In this document: positions 24,701 to 39,700 of the stretch, one piece after another
How the letters are laid out: the number at the start of each line of letters is the position of its first letter
How positions within the stretch are numbered: the stretch's first letter is position 1
Assembly: GCA_965285935.1 (NCBI GenBank)
Contig: OZ260664.1
Location: 79,980,001 to 80,044,000, forward strand
DNA from: Ophelia neglecta
Taxonomy: Eukaryota
Length of the DNA: 64,000 bases
Direction: 5' to 3'
Program-made: the position numbers and the translations under genes
The notes under the pieces: generated by a model
The model's database searches: none
Told to the model about the DNA's origin: nothing
Seen by the model: the letters and a program-made list of their open reading frames with translations, nothing else

Positions 24701-27700
24701 ATACATTAGAGTTTGTTTACTTGTTTTCTGCCAAAGCAGCTTAAGGCTGTTGATATAATCACTATGTCAAAACAACGAATTATTTCTTGTAAAGAACTAT
24801 GTAAAGGACATATTTTAGGGCACGCTTAACAGGAGATCTATTGAGTAGATCGCATGTGGGAAGTGTATTCCATTTTCTAAATTCAACTGCGTGCGGAAAG
24901 ATGTCAAAACGGTTTGTTTTCTGAAGTTGGCCATATCGCATGTCGAAAATAAACATTTTGATTAAACATTTGTGTGGAACGCCTACTGTATATCTGACTT
25001 AACAATAGAAAGACCTTGACCAATTGTCATAAACTAATAAACTGACTACGTATGTTGGTATAATGATACCCACACCCTATCTTACTGCACGAGTTGTTAC
25101 TAAATGAGGCCAAACAACAAGGAAGGGGTTGATAGTTACGTTATGATAAAGTCAATGACGGAAGCTGTGCAACGATATAATCCTAGATTTTTTATCATTA
25201 TACCATTTTACCAATAGCAAAGTGCTTAAAATATTATTATATTTATATAAAATCCGTAACTTGGTAAAGTAAAGTGGGGGTTCTTCTAAACATGCTGCAC
25301 ACGGCTTTACGGCTGCAAGGTATGAAATCAAACGCTAGGCCAGGGCAGAAAACACTGTTGGTAAGGGAAATCTGACCCCAAACTACCTACCCTTGTTATA
25401 GAAATCTGACAACAATATGACCTTGGCAGGAAAGGTGTTTGATAAACACAATATTATCAGGACTACCTTTCTTAAAATAACATTACATGTATATAGAATA
25501 CCACACTGTGCTTCTACCTTCATTATTCTACAGAAAATGACACTCTGGGATAATTTTAAGAGTGACTTGTCAGAAAAAAACGGACCATTGGCTCTCCTTT
25601 GGTTGTATCATTTCTGGTTTAGTCTATGCCACGTGCCCAATCAGTTCATCACATTTTCTGAACGCCGAACAGTGCACCTGTTTTACAATGCAGCATCTTA
25701 ACTAAAAGTAGCTATGGCCCTTGTTTAATAACTCAATGGTCACTTTTATAAACTGTTCCTCTTGCCGGTTTCCAGGCCTACATTCTCATTATAACCCAGT
25801 TTGATATATGGCTGTCAGGTGGCCAAGAGGCCTGTTGAGAATTCTATTGATTCCTGCTCACCAGACGCCTGTATACCTTAATGCTTCCATGGTGACAGTC
25901 ATAATCAAGTTGCTTACATTCTAAAATGAATTGAATCCGTGAACTGATGACGAAAATACAATAAAATGCTACACTTTATGCATGAAGACTTGTCTTTGGC
26001 TGATGTTAGTATAATTTTTTCCCAAAAAATAAAGGTTTGTTTATATTTATTTATTGTCGAGTGTGACGACTGGTAAACTGTTATTATAAGGTGTTGGTAA
26101 TATTTTGACATATCGGCATGCAGTCGTAGATAAGTGGTATCGATAGAGGGAATTCCCACACTTGTACGTGTCCCCAGGTCCGCGGGGTCAACAAGGCTAT
26201 TAATCCAATACAAATTTACAAACAACTTTTACGGCTTTGATAGAAAGTCCTAATCAACTCACTGACACCTGAGCAAACCTTTCATGGCGACCTCTTAGAC
26301 AAGTATCGCACATTTAGAATAGTCCTGTGACTTTGACATGCCTGCGGTGGCTTTTAGTCCAAATGGTTCCCTTGCTTCTGCCGCACACATTCTGTGGCAC
26401 TTTGTTTATATACCATACTCAAGTAAATAAATCACATGATTTAAAAACTCGTATAGCGTTTTTTCATCAACCGAAGAAATGATGTATTTATTTGAATAGT
26501 AATCTGCTTTTACTTATAGAAATCCACATTCCACTTTAAGAGTATCCCAGAGAGTGGTTTTATCGCGTTGGGAGGGGTCAGGGTGCGTCCCCCTAGCCCA
26601 CTCCCCTGTGGGAGAAATAACCTTATAGTTCACACTTTCTTAATATTCCTGTAGACGCTGTAAATCTGCCACAGAGAGGTGGGCCGTTACCTAGACCCTA
26701 GTGAGTACTCTATCACACGATAGTCCCTCCTACAGTGTATGTCTAGGGCCCGACTGAAGTGTTTCTCAAACATTTCCGTTCGGATTTACAAGCATAGCCT
26801 ACAATTGTCTTACAAATACCTGTAGTTTCGCGCCCACACTCCAAGACGTAGCAAGTCAGCATTCTGTACTAATCAGCTTTGAGGAAGCAGTCTAATTTTT
26901 AGACCAGATTTATAGCGTCCCTTCTTTTCGTAAGCACATATTCACCAACGAATCACCAATTTATATGACCAAGTAAGAATAATATAGTATACTCCACGAC
27001 TAGTGGTGTGTAGGTATCTTGATATAATCTGATAACCACCTCTTGTTGACCAATGAAAGGAAAACTAAACAAAAATGAACCAACCACCTGTATTTTGTCA
27101 ATGGTGGCATGGACAGGGCGAGACCCAAAGGGATTGATACCGCGGGTCCTTTCATCATATACAGGAGATTATAGTGAGGAAAACGACTTTATGTAGCTGA
27201 ATCACACAGGCCCTAAGGGCGCGACCTCGAGGGCACGACCGCCTGTGGCTCTTCAATTTTTAAATACATAACATGATTCTACATATTGGAAAATCTTATT
27301 AATTTACCCAGATTTTCTTCGCAAAATATGTTCTGCTATTCAGTGAACCGTACGGTGTTTATTTATAGGTACATTCGCCTTTTAAAAACATCCTGCATCT
27401 TTTCAACAGCCTTGAAAAAACGGTCTCGTATGCTAGAGTCTAGGTCGATCTCCGCTATATCTAGCCTATTCATCAAATAGACATTATGGGTTTAAGTTAA
27501 AACTAGTACAAGGCATTGGTCCCGTTTGACCATGTTGGCAGGAAATGTTGGCAATAAACTAGAGCTTAAACAGTTTTGTAAGCTCTGTCAGGTCAATGCT
27601 TTAGGGAACTCAGTGGTAACAAAGAAAACTATATATCTATTAACTAACCTAGAAAAACTAGCGAGAACGTTTCCTTTGAGGTAACAATTTACACCTTCCC

Positions 27701-30700
27701 ATGAGTGCCTTGATTAAACATAGTAGAAAGCAGCAAATGTGAGTCTGACATCAAGTCAAAGATCGTGTAATATATTGAAATGACACAACAAACTTAATGG
27801 TAGCAAAAAAATGAAAGGCGTCGTTTAGCTGTCTTTAAGCATACGAGACGAGCAGTGATAACTTAAGGAAATAATAGGACCCGCCAGGATGCTACCAAAG
27901 AACAAATCAAGTTAACACCGTATCTGACATCGCCGGTAATTTCCACGCAGTGTTAGCTACAAACAGGTATTAAAAAGGGCTTCGTTTGAACTAAATGTCA
28001 TTTTGAATAAAAAAAGGGATATAAATTAATTTGACTTTCGATTCTACCTTTTGCAATTCGTAAGAAATGAACTTGATAAAATCAGACGGATAAAAAGTCG
28101 TATGAAGAGAAAATCAAAATTAATGGTCTAATAATTTAGAGACTTTTTGTTTATACTGAAATAAAACTATCGTAAAGTGTAACAAATAACACATGAATCT
28201 ACTCACCTCAATTGGTTGATTACCTCCAGTAATTTCAAGCCTGAAAAACACAAACAATTCAGGTAAGAACAGCCTTCAATACAGGTCAGTGGTTAATAAA
28301 GGGCACAATCTTAAACTACTCTTTCAAGTCTTATGCATAGGGCATAATATTATCACACTATATCCACTTCCAAACGATAAGATAAGACCAACTTTCCCGC
28401 CGTTTACAAGTGTGTGATATGTTGATAAACTGCACAGCTCCTGACGTGAAAGTTGAATGTATAGTTTCCGGGTCCAACTCCCTGTGAGAGCAGGTAGGAT
28501 AAACGACAAAGGAAAATAGAATTATCACTGACAACGGAGCTTGTCCACCCACGCTTATGTCAATACCATCATCTTAACTCACTCTGTTTCCGAATATAAA
28601 AAGCCTCCAGAAGTCACGAGGGAGACGGAGTGTAAATAATAATAACTCGCTGCTTAGAATAAGAGTGGTGAGAAGGTGCTTATACGTCTTAAAGTCACTC
28701 TCGGTATGCAGACGGTTTGGGGCAATGGTGTGGAGGGTGTACCTCCGTGCGCCATGGAATCTTCGTGGTGTCAAAATCATGCAAGAACGCCGAGCGCAGC
28801 CTATCGCGTTTAGTCTGCCAATTTTAGATCTACTGTGAATCTCTAGTGCTCAGTGCCAAAAATATCGAGCAGCCCCCGTCTATAAGTTCTTCGGCATAAT
28901 CATATTTCAAGATGCAGGTTGCCATTAATTTTAGTACAGACGAAACAAGAGCCGATGTGTACTAAAGTTTACAAGACAGGCGCAGACGAAAATCAAAGTG
29001 GCGCAATGCCTCCCAGTGTTTGATGTGGTTCTTCAGATAAAAATAGTTAAAGCACGTTTAACCTGGCAAACTCCTGAGCACCAGCACATTCCAAAAACAT
29101 GGATATGATTTTACAATTATAGTGTTTGATTGCTTTATTAATGACAAGCGGAGGCCGCTCTGTATAAATTTAGTGATTGATTTATCAATTGTGTCGAAAG
29201 GCTTCTACAAAGCTGACATCTCGAGGTAACAATGAGATTAGAGGCGATGTCGCCAGCAGAACTGTTGAAACCGCATTGGAGCGCGAGAATGAGCAGGCAA
29301 GACAGCTATAAACAACATGGCTCCAATTTACACGTTTGCCAATGTAACAGAGAGAGAAATGCTGTAGGTCTGCTGATGGTATGCTCATAACAGATCACTG
29401 ACAGTCAAAATCAAGGCAAATTTCAAGTGAACAGCTTAAATCGTGTCGCTCTCAGTCTTTCTTTGTTTTTCTAGTCTTCGCTATTTTTCTGCCCATGAAG
29501 ATCTACGTAATGAAGGGCCTACGGGTTTTTTTTGTTATGACCACCTAGAGAGTGACACGATTCTAGGCGTAAGACCGCTATTCACTGTACCATGGAGGAG
29601 CCACACTGATCTGTCACGATTATTTTTAACATACTTAACTATCATTGAAATTAAATCAGTATCATTCATATAAACACTGACAAAAATCCAACCCCGCCTT
29701 TCCTGTAATTCCTTCAAGAGTGAGCGAAAAACTATCACAACATTTAAACGTCTGAATGTACGACCCAGAAATGGGAAGTCGCATTTGGGCAAGATTTCAA
29801 CAAAGCTACAAACTAGGGTGGAAATTGTGGTAATGACTATCGTCTCTTCAGTGAATGAACATTTCCCGCCCTCTTTTATCGTGACAACATGTGTTCATTA
29901 TGAAAAAAAAGTCACGCTCAAAACCACAAGAAAGAAATCAAACCGATAGAATATATTAATATAAGGAAATGATAAATGAACACTGAACAATACCTTTTCC
30001 GCCCACCATTTAAATTTCGTGCCTAAAACGACAACAGCCACCTATAGTCTTGACAATAAACCATGTCTCATGAAGTAGTCCAATACGGGCAGTAGGCCTA
30101 TTAGATCTTTACTAGTTCCTCAATTTCAAATTATCACAGATAAATAGTGAAACAAAGGTAACATCCATTCATATTGCGAATGAAAACACCTGTTCTCATT
30201 TCGACAATAAATTGTCGACTAGTTGATGTCAAAACGAGAAACCTATGGTGGATTGAGCGCCGTGTTATCAGATAAATCAATGACTGGAACGGACGTGATT
30301 TTAAACATAACAGACAAAATGTTGTTATGGATAATTATTGGGTTCATAACTTCCCTCGAGGGCAAATTGCTGGTTTCGCATGCCCCTGGGGAATGAGAAA
30401 AACTAGGTCTCGATAGAGGGGGTTCTATATTGGAGATTTCATATAACATGATTTTATCCTGTCGTTATTTCTAACGGCACATGCGATCTTTTTATTCCTG
30501 AATACGGTTTATTATTGCAAAGAAATCGGAATGGAAATTCCTCAGATAAAATAGGTATTCCCGATACGTAAGGACTGGTTGCCAATTACAATGACCTGCT
30601 GAACATCTCTCTGTAGGCCTAACGACATTTTTGCCTCGCCGCCAGTCATCCTAGGCAGTTTAAAATAATTACTGGCCAGCCTCAGTCCACTTAGAGATAC

Positions 30701-33700
30701 ATCAAAGAGAATTTATTGATGCCACTATGAAACACAGTTGAGGGGTTATCAATTGTAGATTGTGCAACAGAGCAGAGTAGAATCCACAAGGCTCGGACGA
30801 TGGAAGTTTCAGTCCTAAAAGTCGCCCTCCATAAAATTTAACTACTTCAGACCTTACTCGAGTAATTGCCATTTTATCAGTCACAAAAAAAATATGGTGT
30901 GATTTTGCAACTGGTCCCTGGGCAATACAAGTGGCACCTTACGATCACCATCAATAGAGGAAGCGTAACAAAATTACTAGAAAATGATGGAGGGTTATGA
31001 AGAAGATAAGAGGCAAGAGCGGAAAGATGACGGCCTAATAGGCCCACCTGTGTGGTTTGAGACCAGACGACAATCGAACCACAAAGAGCTCAGAACCGCG
31101 TGATAAATGACACATAAAATAATATGTTATTGGTCCAAGGCCGTAAACAAAGTATCACAAGATCGGTTCACACGGCACGGGTGATGATTTGCAAATTTCA
31201 GCTTTCTGTCAGAATTCAGGGGCGGGTCATTAGAAAGGGGGGAGCAACGCCTTATGCCCGGGGGAGGGGGAAACGTTCTTTATGTTAAGGTGGGAGTCCC
31301 CCCCCCGAAGCTTTAAAAAGGTGGGTAATTATTATAGAAAGTCATCATAAAACTACACCTTTGATTAGAAATCTTCAACAAAAGTGCCCCTTTCATCGAA
31401 TTCTTATTTAAAAGATTCGCCTTTGGATAGAAAGACATTCGTCAGAAAGTGTATTCTTTTGCGATGTCAGCGTGATCCAATGTGAACCACAGATGTACAC
31501 ATACCGGTACATAGATATACAATCTCACAGTTTGGTCTAAAGGAGCAATTTAAACCCTCTTGATAGGCATACAAATGATCTGACCCATTTGATAACATAA
31601 TTGTGAAAAAGGGACTAATTCAATAGCATCATTTCAAAAAAGGTACTCCATTTGATTGGGACAAGATTGTGAAAAACATATCCTTTACCAGAGAGCATAG
31701 CAACCCGGCCATATATAGGAGACCCCCCCCCCCCCTCTCCTCCCCTCCTGGCCTTGTGTTACCTGACGCACTACATGTGAGTTCAGTTCAGTCCACGCAA
31801 AGGCTATTTTCACAAATAAATTATTTTAGTTTGAAAATGGTCCTACTCCACGGGACAACCCAAATTATATTAGGTATACGCATTGGCCTTTTGCGCCTGC
31901 ACAAGTCTCATTGACAAAGTAGTACTACAAATATTAGTATGCATTATATTCTAAACTTCTCGTAGTCATGATATCAGTAGTCCATGTTGTTGGGACTAAA
32001 CACAGCGGCTATTGATAAAAACCTGCAGAACTCCAAAAAATTACAAAATGGCAATAATAACAGAGAATGACAAGTAGAACGAAAATGACAACAACTCGAC
32101 ATAAGGTCGCCGGTGTGTCTTCAAATGATTAGATTCTGCTGAAGGCTCGGCAGAGAGGGTAGAAGTAGTGACCAGTATTGTACGTGGCAAATGATCGCGC
32201 AAAGTCAAATGTAGGAAGACCAGTCATTCCGATACTACTTCACAACTTGATGGCGACCGGGGAGCATATTAATAGAATGAGAAGTGGAGTGGATATATTC
32301 TCATATTTATATATGGGGTAAAACTGTTATTGTTCAAGTTTTTAGACACGTCGGTGAGGTTGACTATAAGGAATGAATAACTACCAGTCGGTACTTGGCA
32401 GAGAGGCAATAAGCGGTAGACAGCAAAAACAGCTTATGTGACAATGTTCGTATTATATATAGCCCTATATATATATACTCACGTTCATGAACATTACGGG
32501 AGGTGTGCAATGCGAAGACGAGAACGCCAAATTAAATGGCGCTATTCATGATTAAATATAGACATGTTTGAAGAAAGTATACTAAAGACAAGTGAAAACT
32601 TGTTGAAAGAATGCTTCAGAGAAATTACAGTTACAAGCTGTGACAAGACTAAAATGTGTAGTTTTCCATTCTGGTGTCTTCTTCTCTGAATTTTCTCTTC
32701 CGTGTTAAGATGGAGAAAGAGAGAAACTCGTCAACAGTTCTCATTAACTTCACAATTTCAAAGATACATGAAATTGATGAGAGCAAAGTAAACCTGGTAA
32801 GCTAAATATCACGAGAAAGCGACCTGTCGTCTGCAGGGTCGTCTGATGTGTCGTTTGCTGAAGATGCCCCCGCTGACATAGGTTTCTGATTCAGTAGAAT
32901 CAAAATAATTATAAAATATCGAGAATCGTACATGTTTTCATACCTGTTTGCATTCAATCACCGAAGTCAAACGGTGACGTTATGGGGCGTAAAAGAACTT
33001 GAAAGCCCACCGACTGTTGAGTTAACTGGTTACAGTAAGAAGGTGAACATTTTGAATGGTGGCGGTTAAGAGGTGGGTTGGAGAGTACAAGTCTAAGGTC
33101 ATGACTCTTGTTCTCTAGCGGAATGCAGGATGAAGCATTGTTATAGTCAATACCAAGACGGAGCAAGACGACAACAGAAGAACGTGTCTCTTAATGAAGG
33201 TTTATGGAAATTACAGCGTCATGAGATTGGCATTTTGTTAAGGAGAGGCAGATATTTCGTTTTCTTATATACGGAAGGGCCTATTAGAACATGTTTTTTA
33301 TTCTTCATATCAGTAAAGTATGAGACTAAATAGAAATGTCAGACATGAGGTTGTAGAAAAATATCTATGATGAAGTGTCATAGAGCTAGCAGGGTTAGTC
33401 ATCGTAGGCCTAGTGTCATCATTTTATCCAAGTTTGCTGATGATATTCGCCGGTCACATAAAACATGCCTTGTCGTCTCTGTTCAGCGAACCGTGCAGGT
33501 GTGATGATATGATGAGGGCAAATGAACATCCGAATCTAGTTTAAACTTAAGTGACATTGTGTAATTTCGAAATGTGCTGTGAAACGATTCAGTCTATTTA
33601 GACATATTCGAGCTGCCCACCGCTATATAGCTTTACAATAAGTCATGGAATACCAAAAAATGATAATTGAGATACTTATGGCCAATTAGAATACCAGTGA

Positions 33701-36700
33701 CGAACAAGCAATGAAGAGATTGCCAATTCCCTGTATTCGTATCATCCGGAATCCTACTTTAAGTACCTTGCACTGTTGCTGTCATGGTAATTGTAAAGGG
33801 ACATGCTAGTTACCTCCTAATTTTAGGGGTCGTTAATTGCTGAGTTCAAAGCAAATGAGCAAATCACAGCTGACCTTAGCAGGTTTCTTTTGGCTATTAG
33901 GGGTCGTTAAGTTGGAAGCATCCAGAAAAATATAGCTGTAGACAAAATTTGAGGGTGTCGTGGGACAAGTGTTTCACTATAATGGCGGCACTTGCATTCC
34001 TAAAGTAACCGGGTAAAAGTCGGTCATTCCGAATAAACTAGAAGTTCCATGCATATGAGGGAAATATTTTATATAGGAGGGGGGGGGGGGCATGGGGGTG
34101 GATTAACAAGGAACTGGTGACCCGGGTTAAAACCAAGAAAAAGTATAATTGTCATGTTTTCAACCAAGATATTGATTTATTATGACCTAGACAATATATG
34201 GCTTTTCGGTTTGCGACATCTTTTAAACATTTACACGCTTTAGATATTAACCCAAACCTACCCCTACCACACCCAAACCCTTCCAACAGTTCGTCTTTCC
34301 GAAATAGTTTCCACTGGCAACTTTTAATTATGAATAAATTTCCGAATGTCTACAGGGAATGCCATTTTACGTTACCATTACTTTATTGAATGTTGTGAAT
34401 AATTCAATACATATTTATTCTATACTTCCCAGTTTAAGGTACCCACTAGCTTGATGTCTACCTCTATCAGCTCTAGATATTAACCTTGTCATTCGTCAAA
34501 AGCAAAATTTCCCAAATATATCCAGTGATCTACTTAAGAGTCGTGACTTACCAACAAACTCGTTTCTGATTCTGACCCGGTCTTCAAGCCGATCAGTGCT
34601 GATGATGATGCTGTTGATGAAAGAGAGCAACGTAGTTTTGTACTCTGTGGTTTCAGCATCTCTCAGCTCGTCCAGCAGAAAACTAAACCGATAGCGACAT
34701 TTCTTGTGCTCCTGAAATTAAGAGGGTAGAATAAATTATTCATTCAAAATGTGTTGAGAATGTTCACCTCAACGAATTTGCACATTGCACATAAGAGAAG
34801 CTCAATTTTAATGTGACACACGCCCAATCTACCACCGTACTTTTAATGAAACACCTGGATTGTATTCCGGTCGGACATAACAAAATCAGTGGTCCAGAAT
34901 CCATCAACTAAATTGGTCCAAATAAGTAAGGAAACCTTCAAGATAGTCGCAAGTACTGCAGATGTATTAAATGCATCGAACCTCTTTAAACCCAGAAGTC
35001 CATCAGAGGACACCTTGGTCACTTATCATCCGCGTACAAATTTTGTAAGCATATCCAAATAAAAAGTGAAAGAAAGAAAACCTAAAAGCAACACTTAAGT
35101 TTAAAGTTTGGAAGCACTGTTTGAAACGCTCTACAAATTTGACATAGATTAAGGTTTTAGGGGCCATGCGTTATATTAACAGTCTAGCTTATACAACTTT
35201 GCTGATCTGTGATGCTTATTGATACACAATCACCAAGTCTGTATACTGGGCACCTCCTTTTAACTTGCAGAGCCCTGGGAGAATTTTAGTCATATATTTA
35301 CTACATTATTTAACATCTATGTTTACTAAGCACATACAATGCAAATTTAAAACAAGTAAAATAAGTAAACCAATCTCTTTTAAAGTTTACTATTTCATAC
35401 CCCCCCCCCCCCGCTTACTTTTTATTTTGTTATTTCAATTGAACTTCAGAAATTCCTGCACTCAGCCTATATCGCAAGATAATTGCCTGCAGCCACCTTT
35501 GTGATGAAGACAATTAACAAATAGGTACAATAAGTTGACATAACGAGTCATACATCGGGGATGGTGGTTGAAACCAGTTACGAAGTTCAGAATTTGGACA
35601 GTAACTCAGCAGTGGTTTGACTGGAATAAACATACCAGAGACATTCTTTATAGATCGTATCCTCAAATTAAACAACCGAAGACGGTATTGATGTCCGCAT
35701 TTGGTACAATTTCACGACACCATTCCAGATTATATAATTACAGCGTGAGTTAGTATAGTGACCTTATTATAATCGTACTTTGCAACCATTCATATTTAGG
35801 CAGGTTTGGTTATTTGTCTAGAGGGATATTATTTGTTCTACCAACTACTGAGGATGTGTACCGGAAGGCGGTAGACCAATTTTAAACTGACTCAGACAAC
35901 CTGACAGGAAATGAGAGGACATCGCTTGATAGAGCGTCTAACAAACAAACTAAATCAAATTTAAATAAACTCCACTAAAGTGTCACTAAAGGGATAGAAA
36001 AATCAGTGTTGTGACCCCACCCTGACACATGACAAACAATCCTTTGTGTACCAGTGAAGTCCTGATAACAGTTAGAAGGGCAGAGTGTTTTAGATTTCAT
36101 TTTAGGTCAAATAGTCAACAAAAACTTCTGGTTTAAAAAGATACCCAACCAATCCTTATCGACTTTGAATACCTTTTCAGCAGTAGGTGACATTCGAGAA
36201 TCATGAAAATATACGATAATGCTTAAACATTGGAATTATTACATTTTTCTTTTAATTTACTCACTCAACGGATATTCAAATGAATGTATAAGGGAAAAGC
36301 CATTAATTAAAATATAAATGATTTAATTCAAATCAGTAGAACAATGCTCCATTCATTGAGTAGATGTTTTTCACGGTTGGCGATATTCAAAAAATAAAAT
36401 ATTGTGCGGAGATTGGTCGAAAGTGGTCTGAAATATGTTCCAAATCAGTGAGCTACTGTGGCACAACTCACAAGATCATCAGAGTATAACAGTAGACATC
36501 TCACAGTCGGAGTGATTTCTCAGTTTATAAAAATTAGACAACTTGCTATAAATACCATCGAGCTTGGGGCTAATTATTTATGTCGTTTTTCTTGTACAAT
36601 GATCATATTTTTGCGCTCATTTGTCTTGACTTGTTCCGCAATATTTATTTCTTGACCATTCAAACCACCGATTTGTTTATACCTGTAGTCAAGGGACATG

Positions 36701-39700
36701 ATTTCAAACGAGGTATGTGGTGGAAGAGAGTGCATACTACTTTTAAAATACTTATTGGTACAAGGTAGATGCGAACATAATAGATTCGACGCACTCCCTA
36801 CATGACAAAGATGTACGTCGAAACGATCACGACTCGGGACGAAATAATATTTATTGGATAAAACAAATTATGTGAAACAATCCGCCCCGAGTAAATTGTT
36901 CAGATGCACTAAGCTGCTTAGAAAAATAATGATCTACTTTATTATATGAATTACACGCCAACTGTCAGTTCTACAAAAAAAACATTGCCTATAACTACGC
37001 TCTGAGACAGCAGTTACCATGTTGTTTATATATAATTATTAGAAAAACTACAAGTTGCACGTAAAATGTGCTACAACTGCTGGGCAAAATCCGCAAATAA
37101 CTATGAGGGTTGTGTATTTATGTGGAAGCGGGGAGTGAGTGGGCTTTAAAAAGAATGTAGCAACTACGTTAGTAGAATTTTACATAAAGTAATTGTGACC
37201 AATGCAATGTGAATTCATCTTAGTAAGTTTGTATTGAGTTTTCTGGACGTTTGACAAAAGGTTATACCTTTCGTTCTGACTAGACGCGGAGGTAAGGATG
37301 AAGACAGCAAACGGTTAGAACATTTTATCACGATAAATATACCACCCGTGCAAATCGTGCCCGAAACATATATTACTATTCAGCAAACTTTGATCGCAGG
37401 AAAAATTCAAAATGTATTCAAATAAGAGGTGGAAAAGACGAGTGTGCCATAAATAGCTGTGTGGTTTTATTGAAATCGACGGGGAAACCTATGAAGTGGC
37501 AATTTTTTATAGGCCCGCAGAAGATTTGTAATATTTTGTGAGAAGATAGTAATTCAACTTTACAATACATGTATATAGCCATTGAAGTTAAGTGGATATC
37601 TTCTATTTCATCATACAGTAATCCATTGGCCGTGGTCCAACGGCCATGGATAGGTTGTGATAATCTATACTAATAATTCCTTCTCCACCAAATTTAGGCA
37701 ACAGCCAACATCAGCACTACTTACAGTACATTGTTCTTAGGAATGAATCCTAACAAAATTTGCTGAGTTGACTAAACAATATTGGGGAATACAAAACAAA
37801 CCGACCCGACTTAAAAGAACTGGCGTCCTGTAGTACTATCGAGCAAATATACTTTGATTTGAAGTTTACTTTACATAGGAAACCAAAAGTACCTTCTTTC
37901 AGGCAAAGTCAACATTGCCTAAGATTATTTTTTATGTATATTTATATATATAGTAGTTTCTTAAGTTTCTAAAGATAAGGCTAAAGAAGGTTGGCTGACA
38001 CCTTGATAGCCATAAAATCTCTGACATTATATATTATATAACAACAATGCATATGTACTTTTTAAGAGGGTTTCTGAAAGCAAAAAATAGTTCATCCTTT
38101 ATACAGTAAACTGAACTTTCAAATACCGTTCTGTACAAGGAGCGCAAATGAATTGTTAAAAGAAAGCAAAATAGCTCAGGCCTTGTTAAAGCATTCGGCA
38201 AAGCCCAGAGGAAATACCAATGAGCCTCACATGGAGGTCTTCCAAACTGCTGAAACAGTCATCACCAGCCAAACGGAAAATGATAAACGATTTAAGTTGT
38301 ACAAGCGCAGAACACTATTGAAATTTGCTCAGCAGCTGTTATGTATTTTATACAAAATGCCTTTATATTTGTGCATTCATTAAAATTGACCCACAACCCA
38401 AGTGCCTTGTAACAAAGTAACCTTCTCGTATTAGTTTGATACCAATTTTGCATCTATAAATCATAATTCTGACGGGCAACTGATACATTGTCTGGTTAAA
38501 GTAACAGAGTGTTCTGCCATTTTTTGCAGACAAGTTTGTCTGTAGATCTTTATGATCAAGACACACTGTGCGTGACCATGGTACCCATAGAAATGCAAGA
38601 TCATTCAGTTTAAATTTGCGACGCTGTTTATCATTTCTCCAAATAATAGGCGTTCTACAAGCAATCGTGTTGTGCAAACATGAAATATTTACAGAACGAT
38701 AGCCACCCTAAAGTTTCTATTTGTTGATTTCCTGTAAACTATAATTTGCTGATTCTATGTATTCAATGGCATGTAGAGAGGCCAGACGACATATTAACCT
38801 ATAGGAACAGACCAGTCATTCAGGACCCTAACACCTCTGTCATGTTACTGAAACATGAGCTCGATGCGACTTTGCAAACAGCAGACGAAAAATGCGGATA
38901 CAATCCATACTGACACCTGTTAGGTCTTCTCATTCGACCAAAACGCTCGTTTTGAATTTTTGAAAAATCACCAAGCGACCTTTTCGTTGGTTCACGCGTT
39001 TCTGTGACATCCACATTGGGCTCTGTTTGCCCGTCAATGGTACACGCATTTTTCAAAGTTGTCAACATATGACAGCGGTTGTGTCAACATTACCGACCAT
39101 TGCCTAGTATGGAACGATATTTTACGACATGTCTTAGGGCAGGAATGATCTCTTAAAGGAATCCTTCCGCTTCATTGCTTCTATTGAGAACCAGTAGAAA
39201 GCAAATGCATCTTGAGTGACAAAAGCACCAACACATGGGCCACCCGGGACAAATATTACTAACCTATTTCCTTGATCAACGGTAAAAAGGGCATTTTGAA
39301 TGGCTAAATATTTGGTTCGCCAAAATTTTTATTCATCAACAAAACAAGGATATACATTGTTCGGGTTCTTAAAAAGAAATATATATATACAGTGAAACCT
39401 GGTCTAAAGGGCACATGGATATTAGGGGCACCTGATAATTAGGCACAGCTACATTAGGACCCAACATATCTTTTAATATGTAAAATAACCTTGAAATTAG
39501 GGGCACCTTAGAAAACAGGGCATTTTAACACAGTCCCTTGAATGTCCCTAATTTCCAGGTTTCACTGTATATAAATATATAAATATGTATATATACTTTA
39601 TATTTAAATATACTACATGTTTTTTTATTATACTGTATAAATATGCCAATGATTAGCACATCATCCAAATAGATGTAACATGTTAACTTATAATTAGGGC

